From Candidatus Hadarchaeota archaeon (lineage in GTDB: Archaea > Hadarchaeota > Hadarchaeia > Hadarchaeales > Hadarchaeaceae), in NCBI GenBank assembly GCA_964514965.1, contig CAZETV010000001.1, positions 693,063 to 725,062 of the forward strand: a stretch of DNA of 32,000 nt, written 5' to 3'. The position numbers and the translations under genes were made by a program. The number at the start of each line of letters is the position of its first letter. Positions within the stretch are counted from its first letter, which is position 1. Of this stretch, positions 17,928-26,997 are shown piece by piece. The notes under the pieces were generated by a model. That model made no database searches. It was not told the DNA's origin and saw only the letters and a program-made list of their open reading frames with translations.

Positions 17928-18521
17928 ATGAAAATTGAAGTGCTGTCTATGCCGCGCGTCATTGGCCCCTTGCCGCGATTTGCCGAAGTTCATGTTCGCA
18001 GAGCGCTTGAACTCATAGCGAAGCACAAAAGAATTGGTCGTAAACAGCTTGCCAGAGAGCTTGGGGTGGGCGAAGGCAGCATGCGCACGGTCCTTAACCA
18101 ACTGAAGAAGCAGGAACTAATCACATCATCGCGCGGTGGACATGCGCTCACGGTCAAAGGCAAACGTTCACTAGGAAAACCTCTCGAATTCGCGCAAATC
18201 GATGCTGGAAACCTTACAGTCGGAAAAGTTGATGTCGCGGTAATCATTCGCGGCGCTGCGAAGAAAGTCAAACGGGGCATCGAGCAACGAGATGAAGCGA
18301 TAAAAGCCGGCGCTCAGGGGGCGACGGCCCTCGTATTCACAAGAGGTAAACTTCAGTTCCCGGATAGATTCACCAAAGTTGGGGAGAGAGATAGCGAAAT
18401 CATTATTAAAAAATTCAAACCTCGCGAAGGAGATGTAATCATAATCGGTACGGCTAACGAAATCGTTCCTGCTGAGACCGGGGCTAGGGCAGCTTCGCTA
18501 ACTCTCACTACTCGAGCTTGA
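17928..18521 (+). CDS. DUF4443-like HTH transcriptional regulator
   Basis: Winged-helix segment RIGRKQLARELGVGEGSMRTVLNQLKKQELITSSRGGHALTVKGKR plus a C-terminal domain. Confidence 0.7.
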   Translation: MKIEVLSMPRVIGPLPRFAEVHVRRALELIAKHKRIGRKQLARELGVGEGSMRTVLNQLKKQELITSSRGGHALTVKGKRSLGKPLEFAQIDAGNLTVGKVDVAVIIRGAAKKVKRGIEQRDEAIKAGAQGATALVFTRGKLQFPDRFTKVGERDSEIIIKKFKPREGDVIIIGTANEIVPAETGARAASLTLTTRA

Positions 18522-18906
18522 AAAGCAGAAGGTTGTCCCCATCACGAAGCTGGTATTCCTGCATCGCTACCCCTGGTGTCTCACCGTTCACCTTGTATCC
18601 CCAGAACTGCGCTTTCCCACCAATCTCGGTCACTACTGAACCCATGTTCACATAGTAGTCGGTCTTAACGCTGATAACCCTTAAAATCGCATCGAATGTC
18701 GACATCCCTTTGAAAAGTTTCACCTGCTGGTCGATACCTAAATCCGGAATGCTCACGTTGACCTCCATGTTCTCGCCGTAAGCATACTGCGCCGTTTGTG
18801 CTTTTGCTCCCCCTGCCAACACAAAACCAGCGGCAAAGCACACGAACCCGATTGCTATAAGTAATTCCGCAATCTGGCCGACGAACTTTTTCTCCCTCTT
18901 TTTCAC
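18508..18906 (-). CDS. DUF4430-like exported protein
   Basis: N-terminal TM/signal (LLIAIGFVCFAAGFVLAGGAKA), then a transcobalamin-C-terminal-like domain ending WGYKVNGETPGVAMQEYQLRDGDNLLLFKLE. Confidence 0.65.
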   Translation of the reverse strand: MKKREKKFVGQIAELLIAIGFVCFAAGFVLAGGAKAQTAQYAYGENMEVNVSIPDLGIDQQVKLFKGMSTFDAILRVISVKTDYYVNMGSVVTEIGGKAQFWGYKVNGETPGVAMQEYQLRDGDNLLLFKLE

Positions 18907-18918
18907 CTTCTCACCCCC

Positions 18919-19659
18919 TCATGCGCTCTCCCGAACTCCAACTCCGCGTTTTACCGAGACCGATACCGGGACTTGTATCTTAATCTTCGCCATTGCCTTG
19001 ACCAGCCCGACTAGCGGCGGCACGAACACGAGTGAGGAGAGATGATAAAGCGTGAAGGGCAATTGGGCGATGAAAACGGCTGTTAGTCCTGCACCGGTGA
19101 GCATGGCCCATCCAAAAGCTGTGTAGATATCAAACGCAATAATCGCAACAGCGGCCGTGAGTGTGGTGCGGTAGAGAAGGCGTGCGAATCGGTCAAACAT
19201 CGAAAGCTTGTTTCGCATCCCTAGAAGCCAACAGATGATAAAACCTGACCACGTGAAGACGTAGATGCTCTTGAAGCCCCAGAATCCGATATCTATGAAG
19301 AAGACGCTAGCGAGCGCGATTACTCCGAAATATCGCGTCAAGAACCGCCAAGAACCTCTACTTCCAACGGAGAGTGAAAAGCAACCAACGACGACCAGAG
19401 TTGGGATTACCAACTCGAAGTTAGGAAAGGTAACACCACCTAAGTACAACAATTTGCTCAAAGCGATAAACAATGCCCCCAAAAGAATGAATAGCTTGAT
19501 GCGCCTAGCCAACACCCGCTCTGGCGCCCCGATCCCCCACAGCTTTGCTGCCCCTCTTTTCCACCCACTAAGGATTTTGGCTCTGAAAATACTTATCAGA
19601 AATAGAGCCAATAGGCCGAGCACAAAGACGGCTAGAGCAAACATTATCTCCTCAAACAT
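18919..19659 (-). CDS. Polytopic membrane protein, adjacent to the DUF4430-like gene
   Basis: About six hydrophobic segments; 12 nt gap to the DUF4430-like gene. Confidence 0.6.
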   Translation of the reverse strand: MFEEIMFALAVFVLGLLALFLISIFRAKILSGWKRGAAKLWGIGAPERVLARRIKLFILLGALFIALSKLLYLGGVTFPNFELVIPTLVVVGCFSLSVGSRGSWRFLTRYFGVIALASVFFIDIGFWGFKSIYVFTWSGFIICWLLGMRNKLSMFDRFARLLYRTTLTAAVAIIAFDIYTAFGWAMLTGAGLTAVFIAQLPFTLYHLSSLVFVPPLVGLVKAMAKIKIQVPVSVSVKRGVGVRESA

Positions 19660-19781
19660 GCTTCCCCCTTAGTTGGATTATATATCCAACATAAAAAGCT
19701 TTGGCCCGCTCACGTTTGCAATAATCAAGGGGCGTGTTAATCAACGGGATTTTACCGTGATAAACTAGAGTGTTAATCAGC

Positions 19782-19889
19782 CTACGCTTTCCTCTGCCTG
19801 ATCCTGCGCATCTTCCGACGCATACGCTTACGTACCCACTTCCAACGCATATGACCCTTCTTCTTCCACTTTCGAGGTCGCTTTCCCAT
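19782..19889 (-). CDS. Ribosomal protein L41e-like small basic protein (not in the supplied ORF track)
   Basis: Reverse-strand MGKRPRKWKKKGHMRWKWVRKRMRRKMRRIRQRKA (35 aa), with the L41e-type W/K/R/M pattern. Alternative ATGs at 19895 and 19898. Confidence 0.75.
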   Translation of the reverse strand: MGKRPRKWKKKGHMRWKWVRKRMRRKMRRIRQRKA

Positions 19890-19921
19890 GAACATCATCA
19901 ACTTCTAAACTCTGCCAACAG

Positions 19922-20530
19922 CTAAAAGATTGCTCTCGCCCGCAATATAAATAGTTCCTCAAATGACAATTTTCTGCGCGCCACAACCTCGACTCGCAAA
20001 CCGTTCGCATCCAACGCTCGAATTGTTTTCTCAATATTCGCCAGCGAAGACTGCACAAATAACACGCGACCATTAGGCGTCAAATACTCTGCCACTTTAT
20101 TCAAAAATCGATTGATGACTAAGCGGCCGTCTGGCCCCGCTTCCCAAGCTAAATCGAGTGGAGTACCAAAAGCCTCTTTGGGTTCGATAGGCAAATAAGG
20201 CGGGTTAAAAATCACTAAATCAAAGCGTTCCTTGGATACCGTCTCAAAAAGGTCCCCAAATCTAAGATCAATACGATTTGCAACACCATGAGCATGAGCA
20301 TTTACGCGAGCACATTCGAGCGCAGCTTGATTTATATCAGTTGCAACGACCCAAGCTCCCGCCTTGGCTGCTAGAATCGCGAGTAATCCACAACCTGTAC
20401 CAATCTCTAAAACGCGTTCACCTTGGCGCGCATCTAAATTATCCGCAAGGAGAAATGTATCTTCAGCCGGCGCATAAACATCAGACCCGATTTTAAAAAT
20501 TTCTCCATTATAAACTATTTCAATCATCAA
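19922..20530 (-). CDS. HemK/PrmC-like (HemK2/Mtq2-type) SAM-dependent methyltransferase
   Basis: VYAPAEDTFLLADNL, VLEIGTGCGLLAILAA, FDLVIFNPPYLP. Confidence 0.85.
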   Translation of the reverse strand: MMIEIVYNGEIFKIGSDVYAPAEDTFLLADNLDARQGERVLEIGTGCGLLAILAAKAGAWVVATDINQAALECARVNAHAHGVANRIDLRFGDLFETVSKERFDLVIFNPPYLPIEPKEAFGTPLDLAWEAGPDGRLVINRFLNKVAEYLTPNGRVLFVQSSLANIEKTIRALDANGLRVEVVARRKLSFEELFILRARAIF

Positions 20531-20638
20531 ATTTTCCCCACCAATTATTGTTTTTCATTCACTTAATGTACTCGAACCAAAAGGCACTACCATATACTTT
20601 AAAAGAGGAGCAAATCATTTTTACATGGAGGGTGAATC

Positions 20639-21022
20639 TTGGCAAGTGAAAAGGCTGTTAAAATTGCCCTAATCGGTCCAGCAGCGTTCTATATTGGATT
20701 ACTAATAGCGTTAGTTGCAGCGTTCGTAACTCCGGCAAGTTGGCTCTACTTAGCGCTTGGTGTGCTGGGAGTGATTGTTGGACTCCTCAACATAACGGCC
20801 CGCGAAACCAGTCCATTCTTGCTGGCAACAATTGCATTTATCGTCGCTGCTTGGGGAATGTGGACATTAACGATTTCAGCATTTACTTTAGCATCAGTCC
20901 CCGCCCCAGAAATTTTAACAAAGGAACTTCTTCGACTAGCAACGAATCTAACGGTACTCGTGGGTGCGGCGGCGATGGTCATTTCACTGAGGGCAATCTA
21001 CGAAGCTGCGAAGGGCAGGTAA
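20639..21022 (+). CDS. Small polytopic membrane protein, TTG start
   Basis: TTG preceded by GGAGG; four hydrophobic segments. Confidence 0.6.
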   Translation: MASEKAVKIALIGPAAFYIGLLIALVAAFVTPASWLYLALGVLGVIVGLLNITARETSPFLLATIAFIVAAWGMWTLTISAFTLASVPAPEILTKELLRLATNLTVLVGAAAMVISLRAIYEAAKGR

Positions 21023-21047
21023 ACTCTGCCCTTCATTTTCTTTTTTT
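21010..21047 (+). terminator. Intrinsic-type terminator overlapping the stop codon of the upstream gene
   Basis: Perfect 9-bp stem GAAGGGCAG-GTAAACT-CTGCCCTTC followed by ATTTTCTTTTTTT. Confidence 0.7.
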
Positions 21048-21197
21048 AAACAAACCTTAGCCTGCGCAACCTTTTTTGAGATATTCCCTTCGGGTTACAC
21101 CCATGAACAGCAAAGCTCTAGTAATATCTTCGAAAGCGATTATGTAAAAATTGAAGTTTATAAGCTTGAATTATTTTAAACAAAAACAAACCTACAC

Positions 21198-21452
21198 TCA
21201 CCTTTTACGGCGCGGAGGTCGGTTTTTCCTCTCGGTGCTGAGGAGTGAACACAACTTGTCGACGCTCGCCTCGACACGTTCTGTGTGCCGATCAAGCTCA
21301 CTCAGGTGACTATCGAGTTTCTTGATGTGGCAGTCTAGTGCCTTTGTGTGGTTATCAAGCTTGCGAAAATGGGTTAAAAGCAAAAATACCACCACAATTT
21401 CAGCTAACAACACAGTCAGTTCAAAGAAGAGAATAATGGTTTGGGTGTCCAT
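21198..21452 (-). CDS. Small membrane-anchored coiled-coil protein
   Basis: N-terminal TM (TIILFFELTVLLAEIVVVFLLLTHF), then heptads RKLDNHT-KALDCHI-KKLDSHL-SELDRHT. Confidence 0.5.
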   Translation of the reverse strand: MDTQTIILFFELTVLLAEIVVVFLLLTHFRKLDNHTKALDCHIKKLDSHLSELDRHTERVEASVDKLCSLLSTERKNRPPRRKR

Positions 21453-21545
21453 GAGAATCCTGTAATTAGATATTCGGTATACTTTTTAAAATGCCTTAGG
21501 CTCAAGTTCTAAGATACTGCCACTGAACTCTTTGACCCAGCTTGG

Positions 21546-22706
21546 CTACTCTGCACTTGGTTTGCCCTGCTCCATGATTAGATTGTCGTCCGCAAAAACT
21601 TGCCCGTGCCGCATGTCTTTAATGAGGTCGAGATGGCTGGAAGCTCGATTTTTGCCGTGGTAGGCTCCGCGGTTGTTGCCTATAGCGATGTGAATCGTGC
21701 CAAAAATCTTCTCGTCGATAATTATGCTTCCTCCCGTGTAAGCCGCACCAAGATTTGTGCCTATACCGAACTCCCCGATGCGGTCCTTTTCGCCCGTGTT
21801 CACCTTGAGGAATTTGGTGAAGTTCTCCCTGCCGCGTACCGCTTCGTAACTCACTACCTTACCCCTCATGAACTCAAGCTCTAACCCGTCAATTTTTCCA
21901 AATCCTGGGATTGCAACCTTTTCAAACAGTATCTTTCCATCCGCACTAGTCTCAAGCGGTGCAACGAAAACCTCACCTGCTGGGATGTTCACCCCAACGT
22001 CATCGTGCACAATGTCTTCATTAGAAATTATTCCATCGTCGACCAGCACTGGGCGGCCTTTTATCCGGAAAGTCAAATCAGTACCATCTGTCGCCGTTAT
22101 CCGAACTTTATTTTTTTCCGCGAGTGCATCACGATAAAATTTACAAATTTTGATGAGTTCAGACGCGAAAGTTTTTCGAATACTGTCAAAAAAAATTCTC
22201 CTAAATTTATTGACCGCGCAACCGTAAGCTAGAGCTGCCTCTGGGATGGGCCAGCCGAAGTATGCCCATCGGGTCTTCCGCCTATCAGTAATCTCGTGAA
22301 GTTTTATCCTGACAGGTGCCGTGAGTTTTAATTTCGCCGTGAGACCCTTTGCCCAATTTGGATCGTCTTCCTCTCCGATGAAAATCAAAGTGTCTGCTCG
22401 CCTCGCTATCGCCTCCGCGAACGGGCTTATTTCACGCAGGGATTTTTTGGGGGACACCACGTATTTTATCTTTTCTCTCTCGGATGAAGTGCCAAGCAAG
22501 AGAGTATGTGCGCCCACTTGCCAGCACTCCTCCTCAACTTTAAGAGCAAATTTTTCACAGCTTGGATCAATGCGGTTGTAAATTATCCTTACGGCATCAT
22601 ACCCGCCGTTACGCTTTTTTCCTATTCTCATCGAGCGCCTTACAAAATTCCTCGCCAAATCCGTCATTTCTCTATTCGATAATTCCAGAAACATTCGGGT
22701 ACCCAT
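21546..22706 (-). CDS. M29-type (thermophilic) aminopeptidase
   Basis: FGWPIPEAALAYG, GIISNEDIVHDDVGVNIPAGEVFVAP, EFGIGTNLGA, GTIHIAIGNNRGAYHGKNRASSHLDLI. Confidence 0.75.
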   Translation of the reverse strand: MGTRMFLELSNREMTDLARNFVRRSMRIGKKRNGGYDAVRIIYNRIDPSCEKFALKVEEECWQVGAHTLLLGTSSEREKIKYVVSPKKSLREISPFAEAIARRADTLIFIGEEDDPNWAKGLTAKLKLTAPVRIKLHEITDRRKTRWAYFGWPIPEAALAYGCAVNKFRRIFFDSIRKTFASELIKICKFYRDALAEKNKVRITATDGTDLTFRIKGRPVLVDDGIISNEDIVHDDVGVNIPAGEVFVAPLETSADGKILFEKVAIPGFGKIDGLELEFMRGKVVSYEAVRGRENFTKFLKVNTGEKDRIGEFGIGTNLGAAYTGGSIIIDEKIFGTIHIAIGNNRGAYHGKNRASSHLDLIKDMRHGQVFADDNLIMEQGKPSAE

Positions 22707-22787
22707 TTCATTCTTAATTTCTAAGATTTAAATTCTCAACTTACAGAATCGAGCGAGAAATAGCTCGCAATTCAGCCACGAAAAGCG

Positions 22788-23522
22788 TCACCGGATGTAG
22801 CTGACTTCTTCCTCGACGCCGCTTGGCAGTTTGAGCCTAGGCGGCTTGAACCTAGGCAAAGTCGCCGCGTGCTTGTGAAGTTCTTCCAAATCCAGCTTGA
22901 ACCCCAATATATCGCTCAAAGCTCTGAGAACGGCCTCCGCTGCCCCGACATCGAGCAGCCCTCCTCGGGTAGCGCCTAGCAGACAAAATCCTCGCATGCC
23001 CCGCGCCGCGGCCAATCCAGGAAGCAAGCCATTCATCCCCACTATCATCCCACTATCGAGAAGTTTCACCCCGTGCTTGCTGAGAAGCTTAACCGTTTCA
23101 ACATCCGACGCCGCCGCGACCACCTTCGCCTTAGACTCATTAGGAGAAAGAACGTACGCCGCCATCGTGATTACAGTATCCGCGCCATGCTGCGCCGCTA
23201 AATCTAAAATTTCACCCGTGAGTCTGTACTGTCCCTCTGGCGAGGCCGCTTGGGCGTCGGCAGTAGCGAGCAAGAGATCGCGCTTTAACCCATCTGGCTT
23301 GCAGTAGGAGAAATCTATCTTCAACATCTTGACCGAGCCATCATCCCGGACGACCCACTCGGGGAAATGCTCGGAATACAACTCAACAAATTTTTTTGCT
23401 CGAAGCTGGTGGGTCAAATACTCGGCTGCTAACTTGCCTATGTGGGCTATCCCGGGTAAGCCTGCAACGAGCACTGGTTTCTTGAACCTCGGGCGCTTCA
23501 AGTAGTTCACGCGTAAGGGCAT
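22788..23522 (-). CDS. PAC2-family / proteasome assembly chaperone-like protein
   Basis: PVLVAGLPGIAHIGKLAAEYL, GMIVGMNGLLPGLAAARGMRGFCLLGATRG. Start taken at MPLRVNYLK. Confidence 0.8.
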   Translation of the reverse strand: MPLRVNYLKRPRFKKPVLVAGLPGIAHIGKLAAEYLTHQLRAKKFVELYSEHFPEWVVRDDGSVKMLKIDFSYCKPDGLKRDLLLATADAQAASPEGQYRLTGEILDLAAQHGADTVITMAAYVLSPNESKAKVVAAASDVETVKLLSKHGVKLLDSGMIVGMNGLLPGLAAARGMRGFCLLGATRGGLLDVGAAEAVLRALSDILGFKLDLEELHKHAATLPRFKPPRLKLPSGVEEEVSYIR

Positions 23523-23580
23523 GGTTAGGTGTATGGGTGCTTCGCATTTAAATTTCATGGGGAGAAGTGGATTCGATTAC

Positions 23581-24519
23581 ATGGAGCCAGTACCTGTGAA
23601 GAACGGCGAAATTCGAGTGTTGCCTCTTGCCTTCGAGAGCTTTGGTGTTCGGAGTATGGCCACGCTCGTTGAAACCGACGATGTCAAACTCGTTGTTGAC
23701 CCCGGCTCTGCGCTCGGGCCGCGGTTTAGATTAAGCCCTCACGAGCGCGAGTACATGGCACTTTCTCAATCACGGCAGATTATCATCGACGCAGCACGTG
23801 AAGCCGATATTCTGACGATAAGTCATTACCACTTCGACCACTACGTCCCGAATTTTGAGGATTGGACATGGACTTGGAGCTCCCCAGAACTCGCCGAGCG
23901 TCTATACCGCAGCAAGCTGATCCTGACAAAGGACATCTATTCCAATATAAACCTGAGTCAACGAAAACGGGGATACATGTTCCAGAAGCTCAATTCGGAA
24001 ATCGCGGAAGAAATACAAGTCGCAGACGGGAAAAAGTTCAAGTTCAATCGGACCACATTAGAGTTCTCGAAACCTGTTTTTCATGGCGCGGCTGACTCGC
24101 AGCTTGGATTTGTGCTGATGCTGATGGTGCGAACGCCGACATGCTCGTTCATGCACGCCTCGGATGTACAGGGGCCGATCGACGAGGGAGCACTACGACT
24201 GATTTTAAAGCAACGGCCTGACATGCTGGTGATAGGCGGACCTCCACTATACCTCAAAAACTTCAAGATCAACGAGGAAAAACTTGCAAATGCTCTCAAA
24301 AATATGGCGAAAATAGTGAAGGCAATACCGCTGACCGTGATCGACCATCACCTTTTGAGATCACTTGACTACAAAGAATATCTGACACCGGTGTTCGCCG
24401 AAGCCGAAAAAAGTGGTCATCGCGTGCTCTCGGCCTCAGAACTTATTGGCCAAGAGCCACAATTGCTCGAAGCTAAGCGAAAGGAGCTTCATGCACAGGA
24501 GCCAATAAAACGTGAGTAG
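23581..24519 (+). CDS. UPF0282-like metallo-beta-lactamase-fold protein
   Basis: LPLAFESFGVRSMATLVETDDVKLVVDPG, SHYHFDHYVPNF, FMHASDVQGP. Start at MEPVPV more likely than 23521. Confidence 0.8.
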   Translation: MEPVPVKNGEIRVLPLAFESFGVRSMATLVETDDVKLVVDPGSALGPRFRLSPHEREYMALSQSRQIIIDAAREADILTISHYHFDHYVPNFEDWTWTWSSPELAERLYRSKLILTKDIYSNINLSQRKRGYMFQKLNSEIAEEIQVADGKKFKFNRTTLEFSKPVFHGAADSQLGFVLMLMVRTPTCSFMHASDVQGPIDEGALRLILKQRPDMLVIGGPPLYLKNFKINEEKLANALKNMAKIVKAIPLTVIDHHLLRSLDYKEYLTPVFAEAEKSGHRVLSASELIGQEPQLLEAKRKELHAQEPIKRE

Positions 24520-24758
24520 TACGAGCGATTAATCCAAAGAGAGTTTAAAAGAGATTTTCGAAAATCGCATCTCAAATAGAATTAGGAGTAGAATAGCCTT
24601 AGCGCCAGAGCTACGCGGTTCAACGCTTTAAGCCGATAAACCTGGTCAGAGTTAATTCCCCAAGAAGTAAAAGAAAAACCATATACAACAGCTTATCTTC
24701 CAAAGGCTACGAATGTCCATTCCCCACTAAACTGAATTTATACACAGCCACACTTAGC

Positions 24759-26612
24759 CTACATACGCTCGGGCGCGGTTATCCCAAGCAAGTTAAGCAC
24801 GTTCCGCAGCACTATTCGAACGCAGTTCACTAGGTGGAGTCGGGCGCCACGCAGTTCAGGTGTTTCAGCCTCGATCACGGGGGCTGCTTCATAAAATTTA
24901 TTGAACGCCAGCGCAAGCTCGGACGCGTAAAACGCAGGCAGGTGGGGCTGAAGCTTTTCGCCGGCCTCACGCACGATCTCAGGGAACTTCGCCAGCAGTT
25001 TGACCAGACGCTCTTCCTGAGGTAACTTGAAAATATCGAAGTGTTTTCCGCCCCGGCGCTTCGCTTTGCGCAAAATGCTGCAAGCTCGAGCGTGTGAGTA
25101 TTGTACCGCAGGGCCGCTATTGCGGTCGAAGTTGAGTGCCTCCTCCCACTTGAACGTGATTCGCTTCTCGGGAGAGTTACAAACCAATGAATATCGAACT
25201 GCTCCTACCCCAACTAACTCAGCTGCCTCACGTTTGAATCGCTCGCTCGCCTTAGAGGCGTGTTCCTTGACCACCACGTATGCGCGGGCTACCGCCTCCT
25301 CAATGACATCATCAACGGAAAACCCAACCCAAGTGCCCTTGCGTCCGGAAAACCTGCCACTTGGGAGCCAGACGTGTTCGTAAGCGAGGTGGTACGAGTT
25401 CTTGTGTTCCTGTTCCAGCCCTAGCGCCTTTACGGCTGTGAAAACAACTTGCTGGGGGAACCTCTGCTCCGCCCCAACGACGTTAATCACTTTATCGGCG
25501 CGGCCAAACTTCCTATTTGACCTGCCTCGCTGAACGGTTGTGTACGTGTTGGTACCATCAGGGCGTTTGGAGTGTAATTTAAAAAGTAGCCCTGCCTTCG
25601 TCTGTCCGAACTTCCAGAGCTGGTAGGCAATATCGCGCGCTGTATAAACGGCGGTATTATCGGAGCGCACAAGCACCTTGTCCCCGATCCCGAATTCTGC
25701 CAGCCTCAAGACCAGAGTTCCAGCCAACTTGTCTGTGCCTTCGGCCACATACGGGGTTGCGCGCAGTCGATCAAGTGTTTCTTTAAGCATCCCTGAGCGT
25801 GCAATATCGCTTTCCCATGTTAGCAAATCGTAACTCACACCCAGTCGATCGGTTGTCTTTAGGTTCGCCTCAACACAGCGTTCAGCAAGCCGCCTCGCCC
25901 TGCGAACGGTGGAACCCTTCCCGCGCTCGAGCTGCGCGAGCACTTCCCTCACTTGCTGCTCAACTTTCGACTCCTCTTCCAGGCGTTTGTGCATATCAGC
26001 ATAAATCAATCCCAAAACATGGTCAAACTTCGCACGAGGCTTTCTTTTAGTAAACCGGTATGCGAGCAGGGTCTCCGCTACCTGTCGCCCCATGTCGTCA
26101 ATGTAGTTCTGCACCTCAACCTCGTGTCCTAATCCGCGCAGAATTCGCGCCATGGTGTCGCCGATAACCGCGTTCCTTCCATGACCGATGTGAAGCGGCT
26201 TCGTTGGGTTTACGCTTGTGTGCTCGATGACAATTTTTTTGCCCTTCCCGATATCAAAACAACCATACTTGGCATCAGCCCACTCGATTGCCCGCAGCGT
26301 GAGTTCGGTGAGTTTATGAACATCAACGAAAAAGTTCACATAGCTGTCCACGACATCTACTCGCGCGATCAGGCCTGCAGATTTTATCGCCTTCCCCAAC
26401 TCTTCTGCAAACCACATTGGGGACTTGTGGAAGGCCTTCGCGAGCTCAAAGCAAAGTCTCGTGGACAGGTCACCAAGCTTCGGGTCGGGAGGCTCCTCTA
26501 ATGTCTGCTCTACCCCTACCGACAACTTCCAACCAAGTTTGGAAAGCGCTGCCTCTAACGCATCGCATACGTCGCGCTTAAACTCACCCCAAGGACTGAC
26601 TAACCTAGTCAT
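24759..26612 (-). CDS. argS: Arginyl-tRNA synthetase
   Basis: HTSVNPTKPLHIGHGRNAVIGDTMARIL, FSGRKGTWVGFSVDDVIEEA, DALBR-type C-terminal domain. Confidence 0.95.
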   Translation of the reverse strand: MTRLVSPWGEFKRDVCDALEAALSKLGWKLSVGVEQTLEEPPDPKLGDLSTRLCFELAKAFHKSPMWFAEELGKAIKSAGLIARVDVVDSYVNFFVDVHKLTELTLRAIEWADAKYGCFDIGKGKKIVIEHTSVNPTKPLHIGHGRNAVIGDTMARILRGLGHEVEVQNYIDDMGRQVAETLLAYRFTKRKPRAKFDHVLGLIYADMHKRLEEESKVEQQVREVLAQLERGKGSTVRRARRLAERCVEANLKTTDRLGVSYDLLTWESDIARSGMLKETLDRLRATPYVAEGTDKLAGTLVLRLAEFGIGDKVLVRSDNTAVYTARDIAYQLWKFGQTKAGLLFKLHSKRPDGTNTYTTVQRGRSNRKFGRADKVINVVGAEQRFPQQVVFTAVKALGLEQEHKNSYHLAYEHVWLPSGRFSGRKGTWVGFSVDDVIEEAVARAYVVVKEHASKASERFKREAAELVGVGAVRYSLVCNSPEKRITFKWEEALNFDRNSGPAVQYSHARACSILRKAKRRGGKHFDIFKLPQEERLVKLLAKFPEIVREAGEKLQPHLPAFYASELALAFNKFYEAAPVIEAETPELRGARLHLVNCVRIVLRNVLNLLGITAPERM

Positions 26613-26997
26613 GGATGTCCAAATCCCTGTTAGCTCGACTCAATAAGTCTTTATTCATATCTTACAAAATATTTCAAAAGGAGACTGAATGGACTTAGTG
26701 ATAACCGTAACTGGTGATTTTAGTCTTTATAGTTGCCATCGTTAGCGCATTCATTCTTTTGTCTGGAAAACTTAGCCGCTTCAGAAGCTCTGATAACTGC
26801 CGATAGATGCATCATCCTGCGAGCAGCTCGACTTGCTGTGCCGTCCCCATCTGCACTGTTCTTAAGAGTAAAAAGCATGAAAAAATGTCTGTACAAAACA
26901 CTCTCAAGTTTTACCAATTTTTTAAATTTAGTTTTAAAAATCTATAAAACTGCCGCCAAAAGCGACACCCCTTATGTTAATTGAATGGAATAGTTGA

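Noticed and set aside
19734-19779. Direct repeat GTGTTAATCA (19734-19743 and 19770-19779)
   Set aside because: Only two 10-bp AT-rich copies; not enough to call a regulatory element or CRISPR-like repeat.
24590-24680. Possible tRNA or small RNA (GCGCCAGAGCTACGCGGTTCAACGC...)
   Set aside because: No proper T-arm (GGTTCRANYCC) or cloverleaf could be built on either strand.
26613-26997. 385-nt gap with overlapping small ORFs on both strands (26720-26917 minus, 26733-26984 plus)
   Set aside because: Neither translation resembles a known family. Checked for archaeal histone-like text and found none. Best treated as intergenic with the tiaS promoter.
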